Of a DNA stretch of 27,018 bases, positions 1 through 7,550 are shown piece after piece. The notes under the pieces are model-generated. The model was given only the letters and a program-made list of their open reading frames with translations, did not search any database and had not been told where the DNA came from. The stretch spans positions 12,026-39,043 of the forward strand of contig CAXUBD010000001.1 of NCBI GenBank assembly GCA_964249225.1, written 5' to 3'. This DNA comes from an uncultured Verrucomicrobiota bacterium. Its GTDB lineage: Bacteria > Verrucomicrobiota > Verrucomicrobiia > Limisphaerales > UBA11358. The position numbers were made by a program, and so were the translations under genes. Within the stretch, counting starts at the first letter, position 1. Each line of letters starts with the position of its first letter.

Positions 1-840
1 CATCGTCGCGGCGTGGATCAAGGCGGACACGGGCGTCGGGCCTTCCATCGCGTCGGCGAGCCAGACGTGCAGCGGGAATTGCGCGGATTTGCCGACGGCG
101 CCGCAGAAAATCAGAAGGCCGGCGATTGTTAAAGTTGTGTTAGACAGAAACGAAAAATCAAAAGATTGTTGGAATAGACTTAACCCCCAATGCGAACCGA
201 GACCTCGCGGTAAATTTTCGATTCTTATGAGATTACTATGCAATAAATCAAAATTGAGCGTTCCAAGCATTGACCAGAAAGCCAGAATTCCGAGCAGAAA
301 TCCGAAGTCGCCGAGACGATTGGTGATAAAGGCTTTTTTCGCGGCGTCGCCGGCGCTGGGTTTTTCAAACCAGAACCCGATGAGCAGGTAGCTGGACACG
401 CCGACGAGTTCCCAGAAGATGAACATCTCCAGAAAATTGTTCGCCAGCACGATGCCGAGCATGGAAAACGTGAACAGGCTCATGAACGCGAAGAAGCGCG
501 CTTTGCCCGGATCCTCGTCCATGTATGCGTAAGAATAAATGTGGATCGCGCCGCCGACGCCGGTGACGATGAGCAGCATCATCAGGCTCAACGCGTCGAG
601 CTTGAGGCCGAAGTCAACGTGCAGATCGCCGATGGTGAGCCAGCTGGTGGAAGTTTCCGTGACGGCCGGATGAAAACCGTTTGCATTTATAAATGCCAGG
701 GTCAGCACGAAGCCGATGACAATCGCGCCGATGGAAATGAGGCTGCTGACGGACTTGGAACGCAAGGTGAAAAGCGTGATGACCACCACTGATAGCAGCG
801 GCAGGAACAGGATTAGCCAGGGCAAAATTTCGTATTTCAT
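1..840 (-). CDS. nuoL: NADH-quinone oxidoreductase subunit L (5' part; continues off the left edge)
   Basis: Manual translation from ATG at 840: MKYEILPWLILFLPLL...FIFWELVGVSSYLLIGFW...KAFITNRLGDFGF...GAVGKSAQFPLHVWLADAMEGPTPVSALIHAATM, the classic NuoL/ND5 motifs. Not in the ORF track (no stop in window). Confidence 0.97.
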   Translation of the reverse strand, partial: MKYEILPWLILFLPLLSVVVITLFTLRSKSVSSLISIGAIVIGFVLTLAFINANGFHPAVTETSTSWLTIGDLHVDFGLKLDALSLMMLLIVTGVGGAIHIYSYAYMDEDPGKARFFAFMSLFTFSMLGIVLANNFLEMFIFWELVGVSSYLLIGFWFEKPSAGDAAKKAFITNRLGDFGFLLGILAFWSMLGTLNFDLLHSNLIRIENLPRGLGSHWGLSLFQQSFDFSFLSNTTLTIAGLLIFCGAVGKSAQFPLHVWLADAMEGPTPVSALIHAATM

Positions 841-852
841 CCAAAAAATTTA

Positions 853-922
853 GACAGAATGAACAGAATTTTCAGAATTCATTTCTGAAGATTCCAATTT
901 TGTTAATTTTGTGAATTCTGTC
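853..922. repeat. Intergenic hairpin, arms of three 9-bp units (GACAGAATG/AACAGAATT/TTCAGAATT vs AATTTTGTT/AATTTTGTG/AATTCTGTC)
   Basis: Imperfect inverted repeat read directly between nuoK stop and nuoL start. Confidence 0.8.
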
Positions 923-928
923 TGCATT

Positions 929-1234
929 TCAAAGTTTCATGCTCGTCAAATCTTCGACGTGCGCGGACTGTCGCCGGCGGTAAAGCGCGACGATGAGCGC
1001 GAGGCCGACCGAGACTTCCGCCGCCGCCACGGTGATGATAAAGAACACCAGAATCTGGCCGTTCAAATTGTCGTTGAAGCGCGAGAACGCGACGAGCGCG
1101 AGGTTCGCCGCGTTGAGCATCAGCTCCAGCGACATGTAAATCACGAGCAAATTGCGCCGCATGATCACGCCCAAAAGTCCAAGGGCGAACAGCAGGAAAC
1201 TGACGGTCAAATATTGTTCGAGTCCGACGTGCAT
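929..1234 (-). CDS. nuoK: NADH-quinone oxidoreductase subunit K
   Basis: 101 aa, three TM helices, RRNLL..MSLELMLNAANL and AAAEVSVGLAL motifs. Confidence 0.97.
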   Translation of the reverse strand: MHVGLEQYLTVSFLLFALGLLGVIMRRNLLVIYMSLELMLNAANLALVAFSRFNDNLNGQILVFFIITVAAAEVSVGLALIVALYRRRQSAHVEDLTSMKL

Positions 1235-1245
1235 TTTTATTTTTT

Positions 1246-1348
1246 GCCACAGAGGCGCAGAGACACAGAGACAGAATTGAATCTGCTCAACGCGCGTTTG
1301 GCTGATTTGTTTAATTTCATTTTCTCTGTGCCTCGGTGTCTCTGTGGC
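1246..1348. repeat. Intergenic hairpin, arms of 8-bp periodic CAGAG units
   Basis: GCCACAGAGGCGCAGAGACACAGAG (1246-1270) pairs with CTCTGTGCCTCGGTGTCTCTGTGGC (1324-1348). Confidence 0.85.
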
Positions 1349-1884
1349 TATTTAAGATCTTTCTTGCTCAACAAAATCACACCGACCATCGCTACGAGCA
1401 GCAAAATAGAGACGACTTCAAACGGCAGAACGTATTGCGTGAACAATAATTTGCCGAGCGCGGCGGTGTCGCCTTCGGTTGTCGGTGAGGAATAGGCGTT
1501 GAGATTCGTCGCGTGCAAACTTTTCAAAAAGATGGCGGCGATGGTGCCGACGGAAATCAGTCCGGCGACGATCCCGTAAGTTTTGATTTTGCGGCGCTGT
1601 TCTTCCTTCAAATCGAGCAGCATGATGACGAACAAAAACAGCACGATGACCGCGCCGGCATAGACTAGGATTTGCACCGCCGCGAGAAAGAACGCGTGCA
1701 ACAGCACGAACAGCCCGGCCATAGAAACGATGGTGAGCACGAGAAACATCGCGCTCGTGACCGGGTTGCGGCTGAACGGATTGGCGACGACGAGGACGCC
1801 GCACAACAAAGTCAGCGCGGCGAAGACATAAAATAAAACATCTTCCACCGCGCCGCCGCTGATTAAATTATTGATTTGTTCCAT
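1348..1884 (-). CDS. nuoJ: NADH-quinone oxidoreductase subunit J
   Basis: FLAAVQILVYAGAVIVLFLFVIMLL and YVLPFEVVSILLLVAMVG motifs; operon order. Exact start uncertain. Confidence 0.95.
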   Translation of the reverse strand: MEQINNLISGGAVEDVLFYVFAALTLLCGVLVVANPFSRNPVTSAMFLVLTIVSMAGLFVLLHAFFLAAVQILVYAGAVIVLFLFVIMLLDLKEEQRRKIKTYGIVAGLISVGTIAAIFLKSLHATNLNAYSSPTTEGDTAALGKLLFTQYVLPFEVVSILLLVAMVGVILLSKKDLK

Positions 1885-1890
1885 TGCTGA

Positions 1891-2448
1891 TCACAGCTTC
1901 ACCGGAAAGCTTTCCTGCTCCTCCGCTTCTTCGAGTTTGAGTTTCCATTTCTGGATGCCGGGGCTGACGCCGCCGAGCGCGAGCAGTTTTTCTTTGTTGT
2001 AAATCATCTCGGCGCGGCTTGTGCCAACGAGCGAATAATCTTTCTGCAAGAAGATCGCCTCTTCGGGACAGACTTCCTGGCAGAAGCCGCAGAAAATGCA
2101 GCGGAGCATGTTGATCTCGAACTCGTGCGGCATTTTCTCCGCGTTCGTGCGGTCCGCTTTTTCGCCGGTTGGTCCGGGCGGAATGATTTTGATCGCCTTG
2201 GGCGGGCAGACAAATTCGCAAAGCTGGCACGAAACGCATTTCGTATTACCGTCCTGATCTTTCACGAGATACGGCGCGCCGCGATAATCCGCCGGCAGCG
2301 TCCATTTCTGCTCGGGATATTCCATCGTCACGACCTTGCGCAGGATCAGCGTGTTGTAGGCGTGACGGAGCGTGACCTTCAATCCGCCGATGATGGCCGG
2401 CAGATAAAGTTTTTCCCAAAACGTCAGTGGTTTGCGATTAACAATCAT
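1891..2448 (-). CDS. nuoI: NADH-quinone oxidoreductase subunit I
   Basis: Two CxxCxxCxxxCP ferredoxin motifs (CVSCQLCEFVCP; CIFCGFCQEVCP). Confidence 0.97.
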   Translation of the reverse strand: MIVNRKPLTFWEKLYLPAIIGGLKVTLRHAYNTLILRKVVTMEYPEQKWTLPADYRGAPYLVKDQDGNTKCVSCQLCEFVCPPKAIKIIPPGPTGEKADRTNAEKMPHEFEINMLRCIFCGFCQEVCPEEAIFLQKDYSLVGTSRAEMIYNKEKLLALGGVSPGIQKWKLKLEEAEEQESFPVKL

Positions 2449-3486
2449 TTAACTTCTCATCCACAGCCAGACGGCCGTGATTAAAATGTTGACCAATGCC
2501 AGCGGCAAAAACCGCCGCCAGCCCAAATCCATCAACTGGTCGTAGCGAAAGCGCGGAAACATCCAGCGCACCCAGATGAACACGACCATGAAAAAAAGCA
2601 TCTTCGCGAGAAAAACAAAAATGTGCGCGATGCCCATGCCGAGCGACGTGGCGGCGTGATCCAGTCCCCAGAACGGCAGCGTCCAGCCGCCAAAAAACAA
2701 CGTCACCATCATGCCCGACGACGCGACCATGTTGGAGTATTCGGCGAGAAAAAACAGCGCGAACTTCATCGAGCTGTATTCCGTGTGATAGCCGCCGACG
2801 AGTTCCGTTTCCGCTTCCGGCAAATCAAACGGCGTGCGGTTCGTTTCCGCGAATGACGCGACCATGAAAATGATGAATGAAATCGGCGCATACACCACCA
2901 GCCAGCCGTGCGTGGACTGCCAGTTGATGATCTGACTCAAATTCAAATTACCGACGATCAACAGCAACGGAATGACCGACATGCCCATGGAAATTTCATA
3001 CGAAATCATCTGCGCGCTCGAACGGATGCCGCCGAACATCGGATACTTCGAGTTCGCCGCGTAACCCGCCAGCACGATGCCGTAAACGCCCATCGAAACG
3101 ATGCCGAACGTGTAGAGAATGCCGACGTTCAGGTCCGCGATGACCATTTTCTGCGCGCCGATGTTCGAGCCGAACGGAATCACCGCGACCGTGAGCATCG
3201 CCGGAATCACCGCAACGGCCGGCGCGAGGAAGAAATAAATCGTGCGCGCGTTCGCCGGCGTGAAATCCTCCTTGAACATGAACTTCAGCCCGTCCGCGAG
3301 CGGCTGGAAAATTCCCAGCCGGATCAAGAACGGCCCGACGACCGGAACAAATTTCATGAACGGCGGCGCGCAACGGTTCGGCCCGACGCGATCCTGGATC
3401 CACGCGGAAATTTTGCGCTCGGCCTGCACGACGCCGACGACGATGGCGATCTTGACCAAACTGAAGATGATGAAATTCCAGTCCAT
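2449..3486 (-). CDS. nuoH: NADH-quinone oxidoreductase subunit H
   Basis: ERKISAWIQDRVGPNR, QPLADGLK, AETNRTPFDLPEAETELVGGYHTEYS, RFRYDQLM. Start placed at ATG 3486; the longer ORF call runs through the intergenic hairpin. Confidence 0.96.
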   Translation of the reverse strand: MDWNFIIFSLVKIAIVVGVVQAERKISAWIQDRVGPNRCAPPFMKFVPVVGPFLIRLGIFQPLADGLKFMFKEDFTPANARTIYFFLAPAVAVIPAMLTVAVIPFGSNIGAQKMVIADLNVGILYTFGIVSMGVYGIVLAGYAANSKYPMFGGIRSSAQMISYEISMGMSVIPLLLIVGNLNLSQIINWQSTHGWLVVYAPISFIIFMVASFAETNRTPFDLPEAETELVGGYHTEYSSMKFALFFLAEYSNMVASSGMMVTLFFGGWTLPFWGLDHAATSLGMGIAHIFVFLAKMLFFMVVFIWVRWMFPRFRYDQLMDLGWRRFLPLALVNILITAVWLWMRS

Positions 3487-3497
3487 TTTATTTTTTT

Positions 3498-3599
3498 GCC
3501 ACAGAGGCACAGAGGCGCAGAGAAAATTTATTTTCTCCCGCTTTGGCAAAATCTGTTTTCAATTTGTTTTTCATCTCTGTGTCTCTGCGTCTCTATGGC
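3498..3599. repeat. Intergenic hairpin, arms of 8-bp periodic CAGAG units
   Basis: GCCACAGAGGCACAGAGGCGCAGAG (3498-3522) pairs with CTCTGTGTCTCTGCGTCTCTATGGC (3575-3599). Confidence 0.85.
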
Positions 3600-3602
3600 C
3601 AA

Positions 3603-5288
3603 CTAAATTTGCACCGTCACGCCGGTATCGCCGAGGGATTGCCACGTCACGCCATTGAACGCGGGCACTTCCTTCGCCATTTGGTTAAACAAACCTTCGA
3701 TCGTCACGAAACCGTTCTGGCCGGTGACGTTGAAAACCAAGTCGTGCAAAAACTCCCATTCCGCGCGCGCGTCGCCGGGCACTTCAACGGCTTTCATGAA
3801 TTTCTGGATGCGTCCTTTGGTGTTCGTGAACGAGCCGCGTTTTTCCGCGTGCGCGCATCCGGGCAATAAATAATGCGCCAACTTGGTCGTCGCGTTCGGC
3901 AAAATGTCGCTGACGATGAGCGTGTCGAGTTTGGCCAGCAAATCCGCGCCAATGCCGTGTTTCGTCACGTCTTCGCCGAAAACAATCAACGTCTTGATTT
4001 TGCCGCTGGAAATTCCATTCGCGATTTGCGGCAGGTTCGAGCCGATTTCCGTGAAACAAATTCCCGTCAAACGCGCGCCGTTCGTGTTCGGATTTTTATC
4101 CGCACTGACCAGCAGCTTGTCACCCTCGCCGAAGCGCGCGACGGAATCGCTGATCGCGCCGAGCTTCGATTTCAATTTTGAAATCAGCCAAAGCTCCTCA
4201 TTCGTCTGCCGCGCCGAAGCGATGGTTGCCACGGAACCGACCGGAGCTTTTTTGAGCTTATCTGAAATTTCATTGAGCGCCGTCGTCCAAGTGGATTTCT
4301 GGCCGCGAACCAAAACGTCTTTCAAACGATCTTCGCGTCCGATCCACTTGTAATTCAACCGACCGGCGTCACACATCCACGGGCCGTTGACGGCGTCGTT
4401 TTCGCGCGGCGTGTAACGGTAAACTTTTTCCTCGCGCGAACCGATGATGGCATTGCAACCGGTGCCGCAACTCGTGCAAACGCTTTTGGTTTCCTTCAAA
4501 AACCACACGCGCATCTTGAAACGAAAATCTTTCGACGTGAGCGCGCCGACCGGACAGATGTCCACGGTGTTCAGCGTGTAATTGTTGTCGAATGGCATTC
4601 CGGGGAATGTCGCGATCGTGTTGTAGCTGCCGCGATTGACGATGCCCAGCGCGTCGTCGCCCGCGATGTCGCGCGTGAAACGGATGCAGCGCGTGCAAAG
4701 AATGCAGCGTTCCGCATCAAGCATGATGCGCGGACCGAGATCAACCGCCTTCGGCTTGTGAACTTTCGCTTCGACGAAACGGCTCGCGCTCTGGCCGTAG
4801 TCCACGGAATATTCCTGCAACTTGCATTCACCAGCCTGGTCGCAAATCGGACAATCGAGCGGATGATTGATGAGCAGCGATTCGAGGACGCCTTCGCGCA
4901 TCTGCTTCACGCCGGGCGTGTTCGTGTAAATTTCCATGCCCGGCGAAATCGGCGTCGCGCAGGAAATCGCCGGACGCGGCATCTTGGAAATTTTCGGCGA
5001 ACCATCCGCGTTCAAAATCGGCTTGCGATCCGGGCCCATCGCCGGCATGCCGTATTCCACGAGGCACATGCGGCAGTTGCCGACGACCGGCAATTTCGGA
5101 TGGTAGCAATAATGCGGCACTTCCTGTTTCGCCAGCTCGCACGCCTGAATCATCGTGGTCGGAATCTGCTTGCCGGAAATCGGATCGGCCATCGTCTTCG
5201 GCACTTCGATTTCGCGACCGTCCACCTTCACCTTGATTTTTTCAATCGGAGGCGCGGACTTGATTTCAGTTGTGGCGACGGTTGACAT
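3603..5288 (-). CDS. nuoG: NADH-quinone oxidoreductase subunit G (short form, 561 aa)
   Basis: HYCYHPKL..VGNCRMCLVE, NHPLDCPICDQAGECKLQ, RCILCTRCIRF, DICPVGALT, CTSCGTGC. Confidence 0.96.
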   Translation of the reverse strand: MSTVATTEIKSAPPIEKIKVKVDGREIEVPKTMADPISGKQIPTTMIQACELAKQEVPHYCYHPKLPVVGNCRMCLVEYGMPAMGPDRKPILNADGSPKISKMPRPAISCATPISPGMEIYTNTPGVKQMREGVLESLLINHPLDCPICDQAGECKLQEYSVDYGQSASRFVEAKVHKPKAVDLGPRIMLDAERCILCTRCIRFTRDIAGDDALGIVNRGSYNTIATFPGMPFDNNYTLNTVDICPVGALTSKDFRFKMRVWFLKETKSVCTSCGTGCNAIIGSREEKVYRYTPRENDAVNGPWMCDAGRLNYKWIGREDRLKDVLVRGQKSTWTTALNEISDKLKKAPVGSVATIASARQTNEELWLISKLKSKLGAISDSVARFGEGDKLLVSADKNPNTNGARLTGICFTEIGSNLPQIANGISSGKIKTLIVFGEDVTKHGIGADLLAKLDTLIVSDILPNATTKLAHYLLPGCAHAEKRGSFTNTKGRIQKFMKAVEVPGDARAEWEFLHDLVFNVTGQNGFVTIEGLFNQMAKEVPAFNGVTWQSLGDTGVTVQI

Positions 5289-5297
5289 TTTTTATTT

Positions 5298-5371
5298 AAC
5301 GCAAAGACGCAAAGGCGCAGAGACGCAAAGCAAAAAAACTTTGCGGCTTGGCGTCTTTGCGCCTTTGCGTT
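5298..5371. repeat. Intergenic hairpin, arms of four 8-bp periodic CGCAAAG units
   Basis: AACGCAAAGACGCAAAGGCGCAGAGACGCAAAG (5298-5330) pairs with CTTTGCGGCTTGGCGTCTTTGCGCCTTTGCGTT (5339-5371). Confidence 0.88.
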
Positions 5372-5385
5372 GAAAATTTTTCATT

Positions 5386-6819
5386 TCAGTGATGTGCGGC
5401 TTCAAGTTGTTTGTGTTCAGCCGGAGCGGAAACTTCTTTTACATGACGCGCTTCATCCGCCGCGCCTTTCGCGACAAATTCATCTTTGAACTTCGCGACA
5501 AAACTTTGCACGGGCCAAGAACAGGCTTCGCCGAAGGCGCAAATCGTGCGACCGCCGGGAATGTTGTCGGCAATCTTCACGAGATAGTCCGCGTCGCTCG
5601 CGCGGCCTTCGCCGTGCGTGAGGCGATGCAGCGTCTTGCTCATCCAGAGCGCGCCTTCACGGCAGGGCGTGCATTGGCCGCAGCTTTCGTGCGCGTAAAA
5701 TTCTGCGATGTTCGCGAGCGCCTCGACGATGTCGGTCGAATCATCCATCACGATGATCGCGCTCGAACCGCTCATCGAACCGGCGGCGGACAGCGAATCG
5801 AAATCGTAAGGCAGATCCAGCATGTCGGTCTCGACCAGAATTTCTTTGCCCTCGGCATCCTTTTTCTTGAGCTTGAATTTCTCGCCGGCCTTGAAAACTT
5901 TCGCGGACGAACCGCCTGGAATCACGGCTTTCAATTTTCTTCCGTCGCGCAAACCGCCGCCGAATTTCGGGTCGTTGATGAGTTCGCCAATCGTCGCCTT
6001 GCCGACTTCGATTTCGTAATAGCCGGGTTTCTTGACGTGGCCGCTCAAGCTGACGATGCGCGTGCCGGTGTTGTTCGGCGTGCCGAGCTTGGCGAATTCC
6101 GCCGCGCCCATCGCGACGATGTGCTTCACGTTACAGAGCGTCTCGACGTTGTTGACGATCGTCGGACACATCCAAAGGCCGAGGATCGCCGGAAAATATG
6201 GCGGCTTGATGCGCGGATACGGACGCTTGCCTTCGAGCGATTCGATGAGGCCGGTTTCTTCGCCGCAAATGTAAGCACCCGCGCCGCGATGAACGTGCAT
6301 CTCCAAGTCGTAACCGGAACCAAGAATATTTTTGCCGAGAAAATTTTTCGCGCGCGCTTCTTTCAACGCCTGGTTCAAAATTTTTGCGCCGTCCACCATT
6401 TCGCCGCGGATGTAGATGTAAGCGAGATGCACGTCGTTCGCGAAGCACGAGATGATCATGCCTTCGAGCAACTGGTGCGGATCCTTATACATGATTTGCC
6501 GGTCCTTGAACGTGCCCGGCTCGGATTCGTCCGCGTTGCAAATGAGATAAATCGGCTTGCCACTCTTGCGATCAACAAAACTCCACTTCAAGCCGCAGGA
6601 AAAACCCGCGCCGCCGCGACCGCGCAGGCCGGAACTTTTCACGTCTTCGCGAATTTGTTCTTGGGCAGAAAGTTTTTTGCCATCCGGCAAATCTTTCGGC
6701 TGGATAGCAAGCGCCTTCTTGAGCGCGTCGTAGCCGCCATGGCGCAAATAGCATTCGATGTCCGGCGTGTAACCGGGTTCATCGGCATGTTTCAAAATCA
6801 ATTTATATTCTTGCGCCAT
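5386..6819 (-). CDS. nuoF: NADH-quinone oxidoreductase subunit F
   Basis: SGLRGRGGAGF, CNADESEPGTFKDR, GAGAYICGEET, HESCGQCTPCREG. ATG at 6819 preferred over TTG 6843. Confidence 0.97.
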   Translation of the reverse strand: MAQEYKLILKHADEPGYTPDIECYLRHGGYDALKKALAIQPKDLPDGKKLSAQEQIREDVKSSGLRGRGGAGFSCGLKWSFVDRKSGKPIYLICNADESEPGTFKDRQIMYKDPHQLLEGMIISCFANDVHLAYIYIRGEMVDGAKILNQALKEARAKNFLGKNILGSGYDLEMHVHRGAGAYICGEETGLIESLEGKRPYPRIKPPYFPAILGLWMCPTIVNNVETLCNVKHIVAMGAAEFAKLGTPNNTGTRIVSLSGHVKKPGYYEIEVGKATIGELINDPKFGGGLRDGRKLKAVIPGGSSAKVFKAGEKFKLKKKDAEGKEILVETDMLDLPYDFDSLSAAGSMSGSSAIIVMDDSTDIVEALANIAEFYAHESCGQCTPCREGALWMSKTLHRLTHGEGRASDADYLVKIADNIPGGRTICAFGEACSWPVQSFVAKFKDEFVAKGAADEARHVKEVSAPAEHKQLEAAHH

Positions 6820-6828
6820 ATCAGCAAC

Positions 6829-6856
6829 TTGACTCTCAATCAAATTTCTCTAGCCT
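6829..6856 (+). promoter_or_regulatory. Putative sigma70 promoter for tRNA-Gln
   Basis: TTGACT (6829-6834), 16-nt spacer, TAGCCT (6851-6856), 14 nt upstream of the tRNA. Confidence 0.55.
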
Positions 6857-6870
6857 GTTTCGTCCCGTCC

Positions 6871-6944
6871 TGCCCGATGGTGTAACGGTAGCACAACAGA
6901 CTCTGAATCTGTTTGTCATGGTTCAAATCCATGTCGGGCAACCA
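6871..6944 (+). tRNA. tRNA-Gln(CUG)
   Basis: Acceptor TGCCCGA/TCGGGCA, anticodon arm ACAGA-CTCTGAA-TCTGT, T arm CATGG-TTCAAAT-CCATG, encoded CCA. Confidence 0.96.
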
Positions 6945-6950
6945 TCCGTC

Positions 6951-6985
6951 ATTTACGATTTCAGATTTTCGATTGACGATTTTCA
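6951..6985. repeat. Degenerate 7-bp tandem array (ATTTACG/ATTTCAG/ATTTTCG/ATTGACG/ATTTTCA)
   Basis: ATT recurs at 6951, 6958, 6965, 6972 and 6979, between the tRNA 3' end and the nuoE stop. Confidence 0.75.
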
Positions 6986-7468
6986 TTTGCACTTTCCGAC
7001 AATCTCATCCGCTTTCGCGTGCGAAACGCCTTCGTAAAAATCATCGTTGCACATCATCACCGGCGCGGTGCCGCAGCTCGCGAGGCACTCGACAAATTCC
7101 ACGGTGAATTTTCCGTCCGGCGTCGTCTGCGCGCCGTGCTTGTGCGAATCCAATCCGAACTTCTTGCAAAAATGCTCGCGCAATTCATACGCGCCGCCGA
7201 GCGCGCAGCTCAACGTGCGGCAGACCTTGATCTGATATTTGCCCATCGGCTCCTGCCGCAGCATCGGATAAAACGTCAAAATTTCCTGGATGTTGATCGG
7301 CTGCAATTCCAGTTTTTTTGCCGTCCACAAAACCGCCTCGCGCGAAATCCAGCCGAATTTTTCCTGGATCGCGTGCAGCACCATGAGCGACGCGGCGCGT
7401 TTCACCGGATAGTGCGTGATCAGCTCGTCCACTTCGGCTTCCAATTCTTTTGTTGCTTGAAAACTCAT
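6983..7468 (-). CDS. nuoE: NADH-quinone oxidoreductase subunit E
   Basis: KVCRTLSCAL and VECLASCGTAPVM [2Fe-2S] ligands. Start ATG 7468; the longer call runs through the hairpin. Confidence 0.96.
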   Translation of the reverse strand: MSFQATKELEAEVDELITHYPVKRAASLMVLHAIQEKFGWISREAVLWTAKKLELQPINIQEILTFYPMLRQEPMGKYQIKVCRTLSCALGGAYELREHFCKKFGLDSHKHGAQTTPDGKFTVEFVECLASCGTAPVMMCNDDFYEGVSHAKADEIVGKCK

Positions 7469-7479
7469 TTGTTTTCTTT

Positions 7480-7541
7480 GCCACAGAGGCACAGAGAACA
7501 CAGAGCATTTTGTTTCTCTGTGAACCCTGTGACTCTGTGGC
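7480..7541. repeat. Intergenic hairpin, 8/9-bp periodic CAGAG units
   Basis: GCCACAGAGGCACAGAGAACACAGAG (7480-7505) pairs with CTCTGTGAACCCTGTGACTCTGTGGC (7516-7541). Confidence 0.85.
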
Positions 7542-7550
7542 TAAAAAATT

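Noticed and set aside
3487-3549. N-terminal extensions of nuoH (3549), nuoE (7501), nuoF (6843) and the cyclase (15358) in the ORF track
   Set aside because: They translate intergenic hairpins or neighbouring genes; downstream ATGs give family-typical N-termini.
3603-5288. Short NuoG as a truncation or pseudogene
   Set aside because: All N-terminal Fe-S motifs are intact and the stop is clean; short NuoG forms are known in several lineages.
5389-6885. 498-aa + strand ORF, and similar long antisense ORFs (2908-3606, 7743-8423, 8861-9733, 18635-19459)
   Set aside because: Shadow frames of GC-biased nuo and MBL genes; no motifs, low-complexity Arg/Ala/His-rich translation.
1246-7541. Recurrent CACAGAG/CTCTGTG repeats as a CRISPR array
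   Set aside because: They are isolated inverted repeats kilobases apart, with no repeat-spacer periodicity and no cas genes.
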